Source of the DNA: a virus
Reading direction: 5' to 3' (one strand)
IMG/VR virus record: IMGVR_UViG_3300020411_000003
Length of the DNA stretch: 64,000 bases
In this document: piece after piece, positions 10,901-20,800 of the stretch
Position numbering within the stretch: the first letter of the stretch is position 1
How the letters are laid out: every line of letters starts with the position of its first letter
The notes under the pieces: generated by a model
The model's database searches: none
Seen by the model: the letters and a program-made list of their open reading frames with translations, nothing else
What the model was told of the DNA's origin: nothing
Program-made: the position numbers and the translations under genes

Positions 10901-13024
10901 CATAAGGGTCTTGTTAGAAGTATATGATCCTGTGGCAGTACCTTCTACTACTCCATACGCACCACTGCTAAGACCTCTAACATATTGTCCTGGAGTAAAA
11001 CTACCAGAAACAGAAATCTTATCATCTAATTGAATCTTAGTAAAGAAATTAGGATCAAAATAAGAGAATCCAAATGTACTGTTATATGTTGCATCACCAT
11101 TAGATAATCTACCTTTGGAGATAACAATATCAGTATCAGGATTAAATCCAATTCCTCTATCTAATAATGTATAGTTACTTGGTTTTGCTATTCCAACAAC
11201 AGGAGTAATTGTCTCGTTATAATCAATAACTTTTCCGAAAGGAACAGAACCAGGTGTCTCAGCATCATTCTCATTGATATAGATGTATCTAATCTTATTA
11301 GGATCAGTATCATCATATTCAATAAGGAAATCATCTAGAAGATCTTTCTGTGCAGTTACAGTGATTTCTAAGAAAGTAACAGAAGTATCTGGATTAGATT
11401 CTACTCTAGGAACTCTAGAATAAGAAAGAACTTCAAAACTATTTGCTATAATAGTAGTTCCACGTGATTGAATATACCAAAGAGTTGGAATACCATCAGC
11501 AGTAGTTCTAAAATTAGCACCAGTAAGACCTGCTACACGTGTTGCATAGTTATTATCAACTTCAATGTAGATAGTCTTAATACCAGTATTAATATCAAAG
11601 AAAGAACCTCTCCTATTAATAGTTTGCTTAGGATCAGTTTCTGCCTCAGTATTATTCATACCAATAGATCCATCATTAAAGACAGAAGACAGATACACAT
11701 TAGGATATGATGTAAGTTCAGATCCTTCTGAGTTTACTGGTAATGAACTATAATTGTTAGTAATTCTGTAAGTAGGAAGACCTTTTGTTTTAAGACGTAT
11801 ATCTTCTCTGTTTAAAGTTTCTCTTGCTTTATCTACATCAATATACTTGGTCTCTTTATTAACAACCTCATAACCTTTAACGTATGCTTTACCTGGACCA
11901 ACACTAGCAACTAACTTCTTACTAGCATCAGATTCAGAAATACCATTTACTAAACCTTCTGAATCTTTTCCATAGATACCAAGATTACCATTCTTTTGTA
12001 GATACTCTCTTACATCAAGTGAGAAGTTATCAACAACATAATCACCAGACTCATCATAAGTTCTACGTGCAAGAGTCTGCTCAAGAAGATTGTAGTCCGT
12101 TTGTACTACTTGAGTTTGTACTACTCCATTCTTGATCTGAAGTAGTTTAATGAAATTCTTATCTGTCTTCTCGTCTAATGAATATACAACGAGACTCAAT
12201 GTGAGACTTAACCTATGTGCTCCTGGTGCTGAGTAATTTGAAGATCCAATAGAATTGTCATATAGACTTGCATCTTCTTCAGGAGTTACAATACTCTCAT
12301 TAATTTTAAATCCAACTTTAGCAGATGGAGAATCATAATACTTGTCAATAACAAGTAACTGATTTGAGTTTCTTACAAAATATCCATTAACAAAGTAAAT
12401 ACCTTCTTCTACCTTAACAGCAGAAGCATATCCCATTGCAGGACTCTCTAATGCTGTTGTCTCTCGTGTATCAGGATTAGTAACAGAAATAGAAGTAGGA
12501 AGTACGCTTCCATCGGTTCCAACCACCATAAGTGGTGTGTTAACACCGTCTACGACCTCTAGAGTCTCACCTTGACGGAATGTGTCCTCATTTCCAGCAT
12601 CACCACTATTTGTGTAGTTGACATAGAGAACATCTGATTCTGTCTCTGTTGCAATACCAGCTTGTACAATAGTAGCAATAACACCAGATGTTAATCCCTT
12701 AACTTGGCGATCAACTAATTGTGTTACATCATATTTTTTATAAACTATCTGACCATCTTGGTTTGTAGGTATCTCAGATACCGAAGATAGTTTAACAAAA
12801 TTGAGTTTATTATTAAAACCTATTTCACCAGGAATGACTAACTCACCCTGTTTAAATGCATACTTACCAAACTGCTCAATTTGATTTTGCAGTAAAGACT
12901 GTAGCTGCGTTAACTCTCTCGCCTGAACTGAATATCCAGGTCGAAAGAGTACTTTGTAAAAGTTTTTGTCAGTGTCAAAATCGTCGTAATATGGTGCGAC
13001 ATTAAGATTCGTCTTTTGAGGCAT
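4919..13024 (-). CDS. VrlC-like virion structural protein (DUF4815-type)
   Basis: N-terminus MPQKTNLNVAPYYDDFD...VLFRPGYSVQARELTQLQSLLQNQIEQFG and YLxRID / FKSGFIVDNF motifs, typical of the VrlC-like protein that follows gp8 in cyanomyoviruses. Confidence 0.85.
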   Translation of the reverse strand: MPQKTNLNVAPYYDDFDTDKNFYKVLFRPGYSVQARELTQLQSLLQNQIEQFGKYAFKQGELVIPGEIGFNNKLNFVKLSSVSEIPTNQDGQIVYKKYDVTQLVDRQVKGLTSGVIATIVQAGIATETESDVLYVNYTNSGDAGNEDTFRQGETLEVVDGVNTPLMVVGTDGSVLPTSISVTNPDTRETTALESPAMGYASAVKVEEGIYFVNGYFVRNSNQLLVIDKYYDSPSAKVGFKINESIVTPEEDASLYDNSIGSSNYSAPGAHRLSLTLSLVVYSLDEKTDKNFIKLLQIKNGVVQTQVVQTDYNLLEQTLARRTYDESGDYVVDNFSLDVREYLQKNGNLGIYGKDSEGLVNGISESDASKKLVASVGPGKAYVKGYEVVNKETKYIDVDKARETLNREDIRLKTKGLPTYRITNNYSSLPVNSEGSELTSYPNVYLSSVFNDGSIGMNNTEAETDPKQTINRRGSFFDINTGIKTIYIEVDNNYATRVAGLTGANFRTTADGIPTLWYIQSRGTTIIANSFEVLSYSRVPRVESNPDTSVTFLEITVTAQKDLLDDFLIEYDDTDPNKIRYIYINENDAETPGSVPFGKVIDYNETITPVVGIAKPSNYTLLDRGIGFNPDTDIVISKGRLSNGDATYNSTFGFSYFDPNFFTKIQLDDKISVSGSFTPGQYVRGLSSGAYGVVEGTATGSYTSNKTLMVKGLFGVFKSGEVIADESGNTLRIAKDNTISHFVVTNRGANHSTSATIRIDGVEYDNSKILVNVSGDQLVYKVEIVDRDSAQVEYSQPPLVEIVDSGATAQAVVVPVLVRNAVTTYTPQNVKSFYSQFGSGNSNTFTADIEINKEKYAEIVSVTDFTFSGGKGRKYIECTGFGGDSTTFVIHGDLVQFTDDSGNLVRGVVQQSTKPAGVYKSRIYLDRSLPNDVTNASVVRVRPSIENFNQGTLLYKTGSNQISSIVATADDSKITYYLRRDFISTGSGGSGSITFAAQLPFGTQRFVSFSESNFLITILDPGDAPDVAAGDVVYITSDQVEIKASTDAASGLTSGSVKLNLPANYFGSASYTTYPTLKLTATLEVTKAKPRLKTANLNKRIIVESAGDKVIPFRGRDYDTESLDVYSYADAFNLRYVYEGSSSTPPVVDKAGNLVTGTDVTNRFTFDDGQRDTIYDISRLVIKPGFEAPTGQLVIAFDYFDHTSGDFITVDSYLHEAGVGPEEIPSFNSPVLGKVSLKDVLDFRPKVDNDAIIGGFQNTSLLSSPNSRSFTGTGGIVSSTPAPDSNLEYTFSFTQTQYLDRIDGLFLNKKGQFIIKQGNSSLNPSKPDVISDAIALYYMYIPAFTQTGKDVRITPVDNRRYTMRDIGKLEKRIERLEYYTTLSILEQQALNMQITDASGVNRFKSGFIVDNFETHRIGSLKSIDYKCAVDTQQSVLRPQAKEDSIDLVEINTRDDQRSVAGYQKTGDIVTLPYTELELLGNDFATKTVNPNPFVVLQYVGDSFIGPNVDSWYDDSVEPLVTDNNTNLYSIFLAKENLKEAFSSLYNSYKVNWIGANQAFYNIGSFAEVNSNIADSNVATATVGTSSNISPQNNEVGKGLVTKGVGSNVVVTSLSYFARSIPVKFKINRLKPNTRVYVFMEGRDIARWVNPDLKYTGIAGNSLSAFNGTITTDNNGNASGIILVPAGIPPRENAVWSGSVDTVSYDTDADELRFSTGVKTIRFTSSSTDAATDEVETFAEVKFYATGIVPENPSSIVSTRPSFFKANEGTQVVDSNTENPIRPNPFAQTFKVDGFDGGVFVTSLDLFFNKKSDNIPLRVYLTDVVSGKPGKNIIPGTQKVLTPETFLKVVASDTLTISKGENVTGSKSNASGPISKVIDKNNIELVASTTGTFTLTNDQVYTVVLDNNNGKSFVQDELLDVTSITQSNNANNTQFTLTIAKDSGRVTGLNVSNTGSGYESAIITIESPQLPGGGNATATVRVSQGLVYDAEISLAGSGYTEPPSIVLRGTGSGNAGAIIESEITIDTPAVRMGIAIDVDGETQSITPTKFAFDFPVYLENDQEYALAIETDSIDYEMWASTLGGVEVATSQIVTTQPALGSLFKSQNTNAWTEDLFEDIKFVLNRAEFDISRTASLLLSNDVLGFEPLDHHPIETNAEANTTATSTLFKNNNYIVKVNHRDNGFDLDKSWVYFKNADDVGGVTASSLNSNLYKVSNTGVDYYNITGSTRASGNSFGGGTSVLATYNRKFEKVYASIANLTFSQTKIDSFVKTTNVSPVDDNVNTFTSYSQTDYEKTFLNEDFYFINQKIVASKINETANGIDNSLSYKLDLSSTVSHLSPVIDLSRASVKTISNRVESASGSEDRYGRRNQVVTFLPVFSFTASGLQGAEVINTNQTLVGVTSKAEGSIVKVNGSTVYVKVTTVNTFVAGETVTFSGQTFAGTITVGTTGLTKFTFDIPNTTTPPTYVTARNPSVVAQTYDNKISGKIVLWNTKSGELTTVNDKQPINNDYTGRLIDSSSFDRNANVDDQLNDIFRVGDLISYPNQPVDEASFIEIATVSYSNGVDYISETESKNSSGIAKYVTKEIAIENPATSIDVKLTANVTDTKNLQILYKIKKSSSQENFEDIEWIYFNESGEPDVDTVASSENAISGITEKQSSYQELSYSIENLPEFSSYAVKIVMKSNNPAFVPKIQDMRAVASY

Positions 13025-13054
13025 TGCAACCAGTCTCTAATAACGGTGGGTAAA

Positions 13055-14815
13055 TTAGAATTCGATTACTAGTTTGATGTCCTCAATCTGGTCAGCAGCT
13101 CTAGTAATTTGTCTTCTGTTCTCTATGTATACGATTTCGCCAGAGTTTGCAGCGATTTCGGGGGATGCTAGACCGCCTGTAAACGTAATACCAGACACAG
13201 CACCAGTAGCACCAGTATCGATATTTCCACTTGCTGTGGACGCTTGTCCGACGACTGCATTAGCAGCATTTGATTCAAATGCTCTTACGACACCAGAGTC
13301 ACTATGTAATTCTGGTGATTGATAATACTTAAGGATACCAGTACCTGAATCCCAAGATACAACTTTACCGTATGCTGTTCCACCAGTTACTGATTGGAAG
13401 ATATCTTCGTCAACAGTATAATCTGATGTTGCTCCATTAACCTTTAGTACAGCTGTACCACGTAATGTAGAAGCAGAAGCATAATTTGTTGTACCATAAT
13501 CAAATGGGTCTTGAATGATACCGATACGACGGAAATCATTATCGACAGGGAAGTCACCTGAACCCTCATCATAAGTCAAACGAATGTTTGTCATGACTCT
13601 CTTAGAGAACAGTTCGCTTTCAGCATCAGAACCATGTCCTCCACTAGGAGAAATAACAACCTCAATAGAAGCCTTACCAGTGAAGCTGCTTGCAGCAGAG
13701 GTAAGACCAGCATCAGTAAATACTTTACCAGTTTCTAGAATTGTGGATCCATAAGTGTATCCAGTACCTGCTGCTTCCATTTCAGCAGTGGTAATGCTTC
13801 CAGAACCGTCTGTAGTGAATTTAACAATAGCATTGCTACCATCACCATATACAGGAGTGTAAAGTGTTGCTGTAGCAGGAAGAGCAGTACCTGCATCTTC
13901 AACTACGGCTACATGTACACCACCAACAACTGCTTGACCTTCAACAGTTACACGACTTGCTTCAGTCTTCTCAACGATAGGTAAGAAGTCTGTAGAAAGG
14001 AATGAAAGAACGTCTGCTGTAGGAAGTGTAAACATGTGCTTCCAAATATATCCAGCAGTACCAGAAGGTTCTGTGTAGATACCATTAGAAAATGCACCTT
14101 GTCCACCAGCAGGTTGTGACTTAGGCTCATAAGTAGCATTTTGTCCTGTTGGATTAGCAGGATTCTCACCATTATAAAGACACTTAAAGACCTCATAGTT
14201 AGAGTTCATTACATAGAACTTACCATCTGAGAGACTTGTTTGACCAGTAGCAGTTGACTTACCAACAGCACCACCGCCACCTGGAGTAGGAGCGTATGAT
14301 GGACGGTACATGTCAAACTTAGGATTTAGTGAGATGTTCCAGTTGTAACGTGGAATAACAAGACGTGCGAATGGTCCTGTAATACGCTTGGCAGCAATCA
14401 GTTCATTATAAATTGCTATCTTCTCGGAATAGTTGTCAATAGGAGCAGGAGGTGCTTCTTCAGTAGCGTATCTATACACACCAGACTTAGCAGTGGCAGA
14501 AGATGTTCCACCAGTGATAGTAGTACCGAAAGAAGGTGTAGTTGTCGCAGTAGGAAGGACGTTGTTAACTAAAAGACTATTCTCATTAACTTCAGCAACA
14601 GTTGCTGACCATCCACCACCCGAAACAGTTTCACCTGCTGCGAAAGTACCGTCCACATTGAATACTTCAATGTAAGCGTCCCATTTTGCAGATCTTCCTA
14701 CGAAGAAATACATTCTAGTTCGAGCTGCATCCGCATCGTTTGCGCCTTCGCTCAATGACTCTAGGAATTGCTTCGCATTGAAGATCCTAAATTTTTCTGA
14801 AATAATAGCTGCCAT
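13055..14815 (-). CDS. gp8: Baseplate wedge subunit gp8
   Basis: MAAIISEKFRIFNAKQFLESL start, FYVMNSNYEVFKCL, GYIWKHMFT, and terminal IVYIENRRQITRAADQIEDIKLVIEF. Synteny gp6-gp7-gp8. Confidence 0.93.
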   Translation of the reverse strand: MAAIISEKFRIFNAKQFLESLSEGANDADAARTRMYFFVGRSAKWDAYIEVFNVDGTFAAGETVSGGGWSATVAEVNENSLLVNNVLPTATTTPSFGTTITGGTSSATAKSGVYRYATEEAPPAPIDNYSEKIAIYNELIAAKRITGPFARLVIPRYNWNISLNPKFDMYRPSYAPTPGGGGAVGKSTATGQTSLSDGKFYVMNSNYEVFKCLYNGENPANPTGQNATYEPKSQPAGGQGAFSNGIYTEPSGTAGYIWKHMFTLPTADVLSFLSTDFLPIVEKTEASRVTVEGQAVVGGVHVAVVEDAGTALPATATLYTPVYGDGSNAIVKFTTDGSGSITTAEMEAAGTGYTYGSTILETGKVFTDAGLTSAASSFTGKASIEVVISPSGGHGSDAESELFSKRVMTNIRLTYDEGSGDFPVDNDFRRIGIIQDPFDYGTTNYASASTLRGTAVLKVNGATSDYTVDEDIFQSVTGGTAYGKVVSWDSGTGILKYYQSPELHSDSGVVRAFESNAANAVVGQASTASGNIDTGATGAVSGITFTGGLASPEIAANSGEIVYIENRRQITRAADQIEDIKLVIEF

Positions 14816-14853
14816 AGCACTGGTCTCTAAATGTTATAAGACTAAATCCGAGT

Positions 14854-14871
14854 TATTTATATTTATTTATA
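14854..14871 (-). promoter_or_regulatory. Two T4-type late promoters (TATAAATA x2) upstream of gp8
   Basis: Plus strand reads TATTTATA at 14854-14861 and 14864-14871, i.e. the TATAAATA gp55 consensus on the minus strand. Confidence 0.8.
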
Positions 14872-17800
14872 GGGCGTTTCTGATGTACTCTCCGATGAGG
14901 TGTTCCTCAATCGGACTGTTATCAACGCCTCTTTCGCATCCTGTAAAACGATCACTCAACTTGCCAGTATAACTGATCTTCTCACGCCCAACAAAAATGG
15001 TTCCTGATGATGCAAAGTTAGTAGTATTTGCATAAACAATACCACCTGTTGCTACATACCCTGCTCCATTAGCATCTGGCAAATCTGCTGTGTTCAACTG
15101 ACTTATATAGTAGTTTATGGATGGGTTAACAAAGTTCCACTTTATGTTACCAACATACTGAGTACCGACTGCATCGTTGATCTCTTCAATAGAGAAATTC
15201 CATACACTGATCTCTTCCAACGTATACTCGGAAACGGGAATGCCACCTGTGGAAAGAACATCACCTAGATCTAATTGACCACCAACGGTGCTGTAACTGA
15301 CACGGTTAAATGTCTGTGGAGTAGGTCCTAAAACTGCGGAACTATATGTGTTGTTGTAAGCAAAATAATTATCTACGCAACCAGTAACAATATATTTAAC
15401 TAATTGCTGTTTGAGATTTACATCAAGTAAAGCTGTAGATCTTATGGTTCTGGTTTTTTCAATTTCAATTTCAACTGACGATCCCATAGGAGCAGATGTA
15501 ACTGAAGTTGGCCATGATACAATTATCTCTTGTCCAACATTAAATTCACCAATATTGTGAACTAACTGGAATGTGGAAACGACCTTTGGTTTATTCTCAG
15601 TAACTGGATAAGTACCAGCACCTTGACCACCGCCTTGGCCGCCACCGCCACCTCCTCCACCAGGACCACCAGGTACAACACCACCAATCAACTCGATACC
15701 CTTAATAGGAACGATTTCGGATGTTATACTAGAAGGAGATTGCTTTAATATATTAGTAGAGAATATTAACCCAACTAAACTATCAACTTTTCTATCACGT
15801 CTCTTGATTCTAGTGTATCTTCTAGCAACACTAACTTTAGGTTCTTTAGTATAACCAGAACCACCATGTATAAGTTTGATATCAATAATTTGACCCTTAC
15901 TTACGATCACTTCAGCATGTGCTCCACCTCCAGCACCATCTTCAGGAATGAAGTGTAATACTGGTGGTGTTTCATAACCATAAGCAGTAGTTGGTTCAAT
16001 AATACCTTTCTCATAATATAATTGAAGACTCTTCTTATTCCAATCTAAAGAAGTTACTTTACCACCTTCAATAGTACAAGTGACACTTAAACCAACACCT
16101 TTAATGTCACCACTATAATTTGTAGTTAATATAGAACCAAAATACTTAGAAGATATTTCAGCACCAGCTCTATAATCTTTAGGATTTACATATCTGGGTA
16201 ATCCCTGTACATCCCTATAAGAATCTTCACCATCAATTTTAATTACATCTCCCTCATTAAGATAGGAAAGTAAATTCTTAGTTACATAGAATGATTCATC
16301 TGCCTTTTTACTATCATATAACCATGCAGATGAATTTCTCTGCATCTTGTAGTTGTTATACTCATCCTTTTGGAATACAAGTGTACTAGGTACATTTACT
16401 TCAAGTTCATCATCACCTGTGGAGAAGTATAATGGTTCAGAACCATTAAACACAGGATTATTACCAGCAATGACTAATTTAACAGATCTATCACTAAGAG
16501 TCTCAATAGTCTTAATATCACCTATTGCATTTTTAAGAAGTCCATTCTTTTGATAGACATATCTTGGGTTATCATAGTTTGTATTAAACCAACTATACAA
16601 TGAAGTAAATGCATTAGCATTAGTATCTGTAATTGTTAATTCTAATCTATTGTAATATGTACCAGGTTGGAAATCGTGGAAAGTTATGGACTGTTGCATG
16701 TCTCTACCATACAACAACATAATCTCTACATTATTATTAGCAAATATCTTTCTAGTAAATCTAATTGCAGGACCATTGATACTATATGAATCAGTATCTC
16801 TCTGTAATACACCATCTATGAACACAAATGCATAGTCAGCATCATCTATCTTCTTAACTTCTTTAGTAGCACTATCAAGTATAATGAAAGGACCAGCAGA
16901 TCCAGTTAATATACCTGAAGTCTCAAGTTCACATCTGATATAGTTACCAATACCATGTAGAGCAATATTATCTACTGCTAATGGTTCTTGAACAGTTTTA
17001 AGATTTTCTCTCTGTTGCCAGATAGGTGCTCCAGTAAATACAATCTTATTTGGTACAGTAGTCTTATCAATACTATAAGACCTATCATCTTGTACAACAC
17101 CACCTATTGAAACCATAAGGTTCTCATTAGCATCAGTAACTACTTCCTCACCATCATCATAATATAGATCAAATATCTTATTCTCGTTGTTAACGTAATC
17201 AGGTAATGATGTTGTAGCAGTTCCAGGACCAGTAATAAGTGTTACCTTAAGATTCTCATATAAAGAATCTAAAGCAGACTCTACATCTGCACACTTAGGA
17301 GTGAAAGGACTACCTGTGCGAATATTCAAATTAATATATGGATCTAATGTTGTATATTCACCAGCAGTCAAGGTATTCCTCATTGCTTTGACAGCAAGGT
17401 CTTTTGCTTTCTCAAATGCCTTAATAGTAGGTTCAATCTCACCAGTAATGAAATCTAAAATGTCATTATTGTAATATGCTTCACCAGCAAGAATTGACTT
17501 CTGGTTACCACCAAATCTTAAATCATGCTCATAAGCATCTACAACTAGACCAATATCTCTATGACATGTTGGACCTAATGTACCCCATGTAAGATCTGGG
17601 TATTGTGCTTTAATCCAACCTAATGTCTCTGATTGAATATATGCTCTATTCATTGACAACTGGTTAGCAGCGTCAATCCAAGTACCAGATCTCTGATGTA
17701 TATTTCTTAGTTTCTTGAGATACCTAGCATTCAATTCAGCAGTCTTAAATTCAAACCATCTACCATAGAATCTAACCTGTGGTATATTCTGACCATCTTG

Positions 17801-20800
17801 AAGTCTAGGACCTAATGGAGGAGAAGAGAATGTAATATTACTACCATTGATAGCATATGCTGAACCAGGTTCTTGCATCACACCATCAAGTGTAATAGTT
17901 AATGCTTGTGCATTATATGGTGATACTGAATCACCGTTACCATCTACAAGTACAAATGTAGTCTGTCCTTCAAGGTTGCCCTTATCAGTAAATGCACCAC
18001 TGAAGTCAGCATTAAGATATACCTGCTTTGCTCTAATCTCTTCAGTAGAGAATGTATCACGTGATACAGAACCTAATCCTTCCTCAATATGTAATTGCTC
18101 TGTCTTAATAATAGAAGTACTAATTTGCTTAGTAGTACTAACAACAGTAATCTTATTCTTCTCTGGATCCCATAATTGAATTCTAGTAGAATGATCACTA
18201 GATGTCACAGGTGACATTCTAGCATTTGAATCAGATTCAATAACAATCTCACCAAACAACTGGAATCCAGCAGGATGAGTAGTTGCTTTAATTAAATCTC
18301 TCCAAACACCGATTGATGTCTTAGATTTAATAACATAAGAATAATCTTGATAGTAGTAAGTATCAGTAATCTTCTGATTAGATGAACTTACTATACCTTG
18401 ATCATCACTATACGATCCAAGATTATCAAAATATGTTTTAATCTCTGGTGTAAACTCTGTATATGAAATACTATCAAGAGTAGCAGTATTACCTCTAGCA
18501 AGACCCTTGATAGTCTTATTCTCTCTAAAGAGACCAGTTAAATCTTTAACAGATAAAATGTTAGATCCTTTTCTCCATGCTGTAACTGTTGCTCTAGCAT
18601 TATCTCCTTGAACTATAGTCTCACCAATTTTAAATGCATCATCCTCAAAATTAGATAATGTAAGAATATAATTTGATCTAATAGTAGAACTTAACGTATT
18701 GTCATTGTGATAAGCACCACCATTATTGATAATACGTATATTTCTAGGAACACCTATATCAGTACTTGAAAGATATACCTTAACATCAGTTTCTACAATT
18801 CTAACTTCTGGAGCAGTAGTATATCCAGATCCAGCATCTGCAATGAGTATACCAGTAATGATACCATTATCTGATACTACGTCCAATACAGCATCACCAT
18901 CTACGTATGCTTTTGGTTTTGAATATTGTGTGCCAGCATTAGTAACAGTAACACTATCAATCTTACCATCTACAATCTCAGTGGTAGCAGTCGCTTTCAG
19001 CGAATCATCTGGTTGAACACCAACAACTATTGGAAGTTTCTTATACTCACTACCAATATTGATAATATTGATATGATCAATAGCACCAATAGAGAACTTA
19101 GACTGTGATGTGTATGTGACAGTTCCAGAACCGTCATGTGGTGCAGTTACACCAGTGTCATATACAATAGAATCACTTGTTACATACAATGCTGTCTTCT
19201 TACCCTGAAGTGGATCAGATACAACATTCAAGAACCCTGTCTCACGCTCTGTAACACCGTTTTTATCAAAATAATAATACTTGGAGTACCTTAGTGGTAC
19301 TTTTGTACTATAGGTGTTTGTAGCGACTCTAGGACCGAATCCTAACTTAAGATCAACATTACTATTAGTATCAATCTTCTCAGGAGTGTTGATGTTGTAA
19401 TTGATACTAGGAGATATATCAAATTCCCTGTCTCTCATTGAAGTATGAGATACATCAAAGTCGTATCTATAGAATTCCTTAATGTTTAATACAGGATTTC
19501 TGGCGAAATTTATTTGGTCTGTGGAAAACTCAAATATCTCAATTGGAGGAGAGACTTCAACAACTGTCACAAGCCTCTTATCCTCACTTGTATCATAGAA
19601 TATGGTACTTAGAGTAATACTGTTAATATCATCTATTGATGAGTTATAATCCCATACCACCTCTGCTTTCTGGGTGACTGGATCATAAGTCTGAATAGTT
19701 GCATCACCAGCAAGGTCACCAATCTTATAACCCCTATCAAGTGTATATCCAGGAACATACAGTGTGACAGTTGCCCCAGTAAAATGGTCAACTGGCACAC
19801 TCCCCCTCTTAACTGTGAAGGTATTTCCAGTTTTGTTTAAGATTTCTAATACCTCGTCACCAACCTGTATAAGATCGTTGTCACTAAACCCAATACCACT
19901 ACTTACATTAAGAGTAGTCTCACTGAGTCCAAAACCAATATGATCTACCTCTAACTGTAGTACAGGTGTACTACTGTCTGTCTTAGATAAATCAGCATCA
20001 CCAACGGTAAGGACATCAAACTTCAGATATCCAGTACCCTTATTCTTAATTGTAACATTTGTTACACTTCCAGAAGGATCTACAACAAAGTCTGCTGTTG
20101 CATCACTTCCTGTACCACCTTTAAGAGCAACATCAAGATATGTACCAGCTGTATAATCCTCACCACCATTCAATATAGTAGTTCTACCAATACCTGTGTC
20201 ATTAATTGTTGTAGTAGCACCTGGTGCTTCAAATGTGACTTCTTGATAGATTCTGCTTCTTACGTACTGTGTAGTAGTTGTAGTAGTATCATCAGGATTA
20301 ATATCAATATCAATAGTATCACCAATACCAACACCATGACTACCATTGGTCTTAAGTATTGCTACGTGGTCATTGATAGTAAAGATATTAAGACCAGCAC
20401 TTAGTGAATTAGTACTAATGAGTTTAGAACCAACACTATCGATTAAATTACTACTTCTAATGAAGTAATCATCAGTAACAACAAAATCACCAGTTGTTAC
20501 TTTAACTTTAACTGTATTCTTACTTGAAGTGCTTTCTAATACTTCTCCAATAGCAATAGTAGTAGCAACACCATCTGTGTATGCTAGATTCGCTCCTTTG
20601 GTGTAAGATGAATTTTCATCAAGTATTAAAGTTACAACTGTAGTATTAGAGTATAATTGATCTGTAGATGTGAATACACCAGTGACATCTCTCAATGCAA
20701 GTTGTTGACCACTGAACACGTTACCGACCAACTTACCAGTTGCACCAGTAACAGATTGTGTAATAGTGTCACCATCAAACAGATATGCAGTATTTGATAG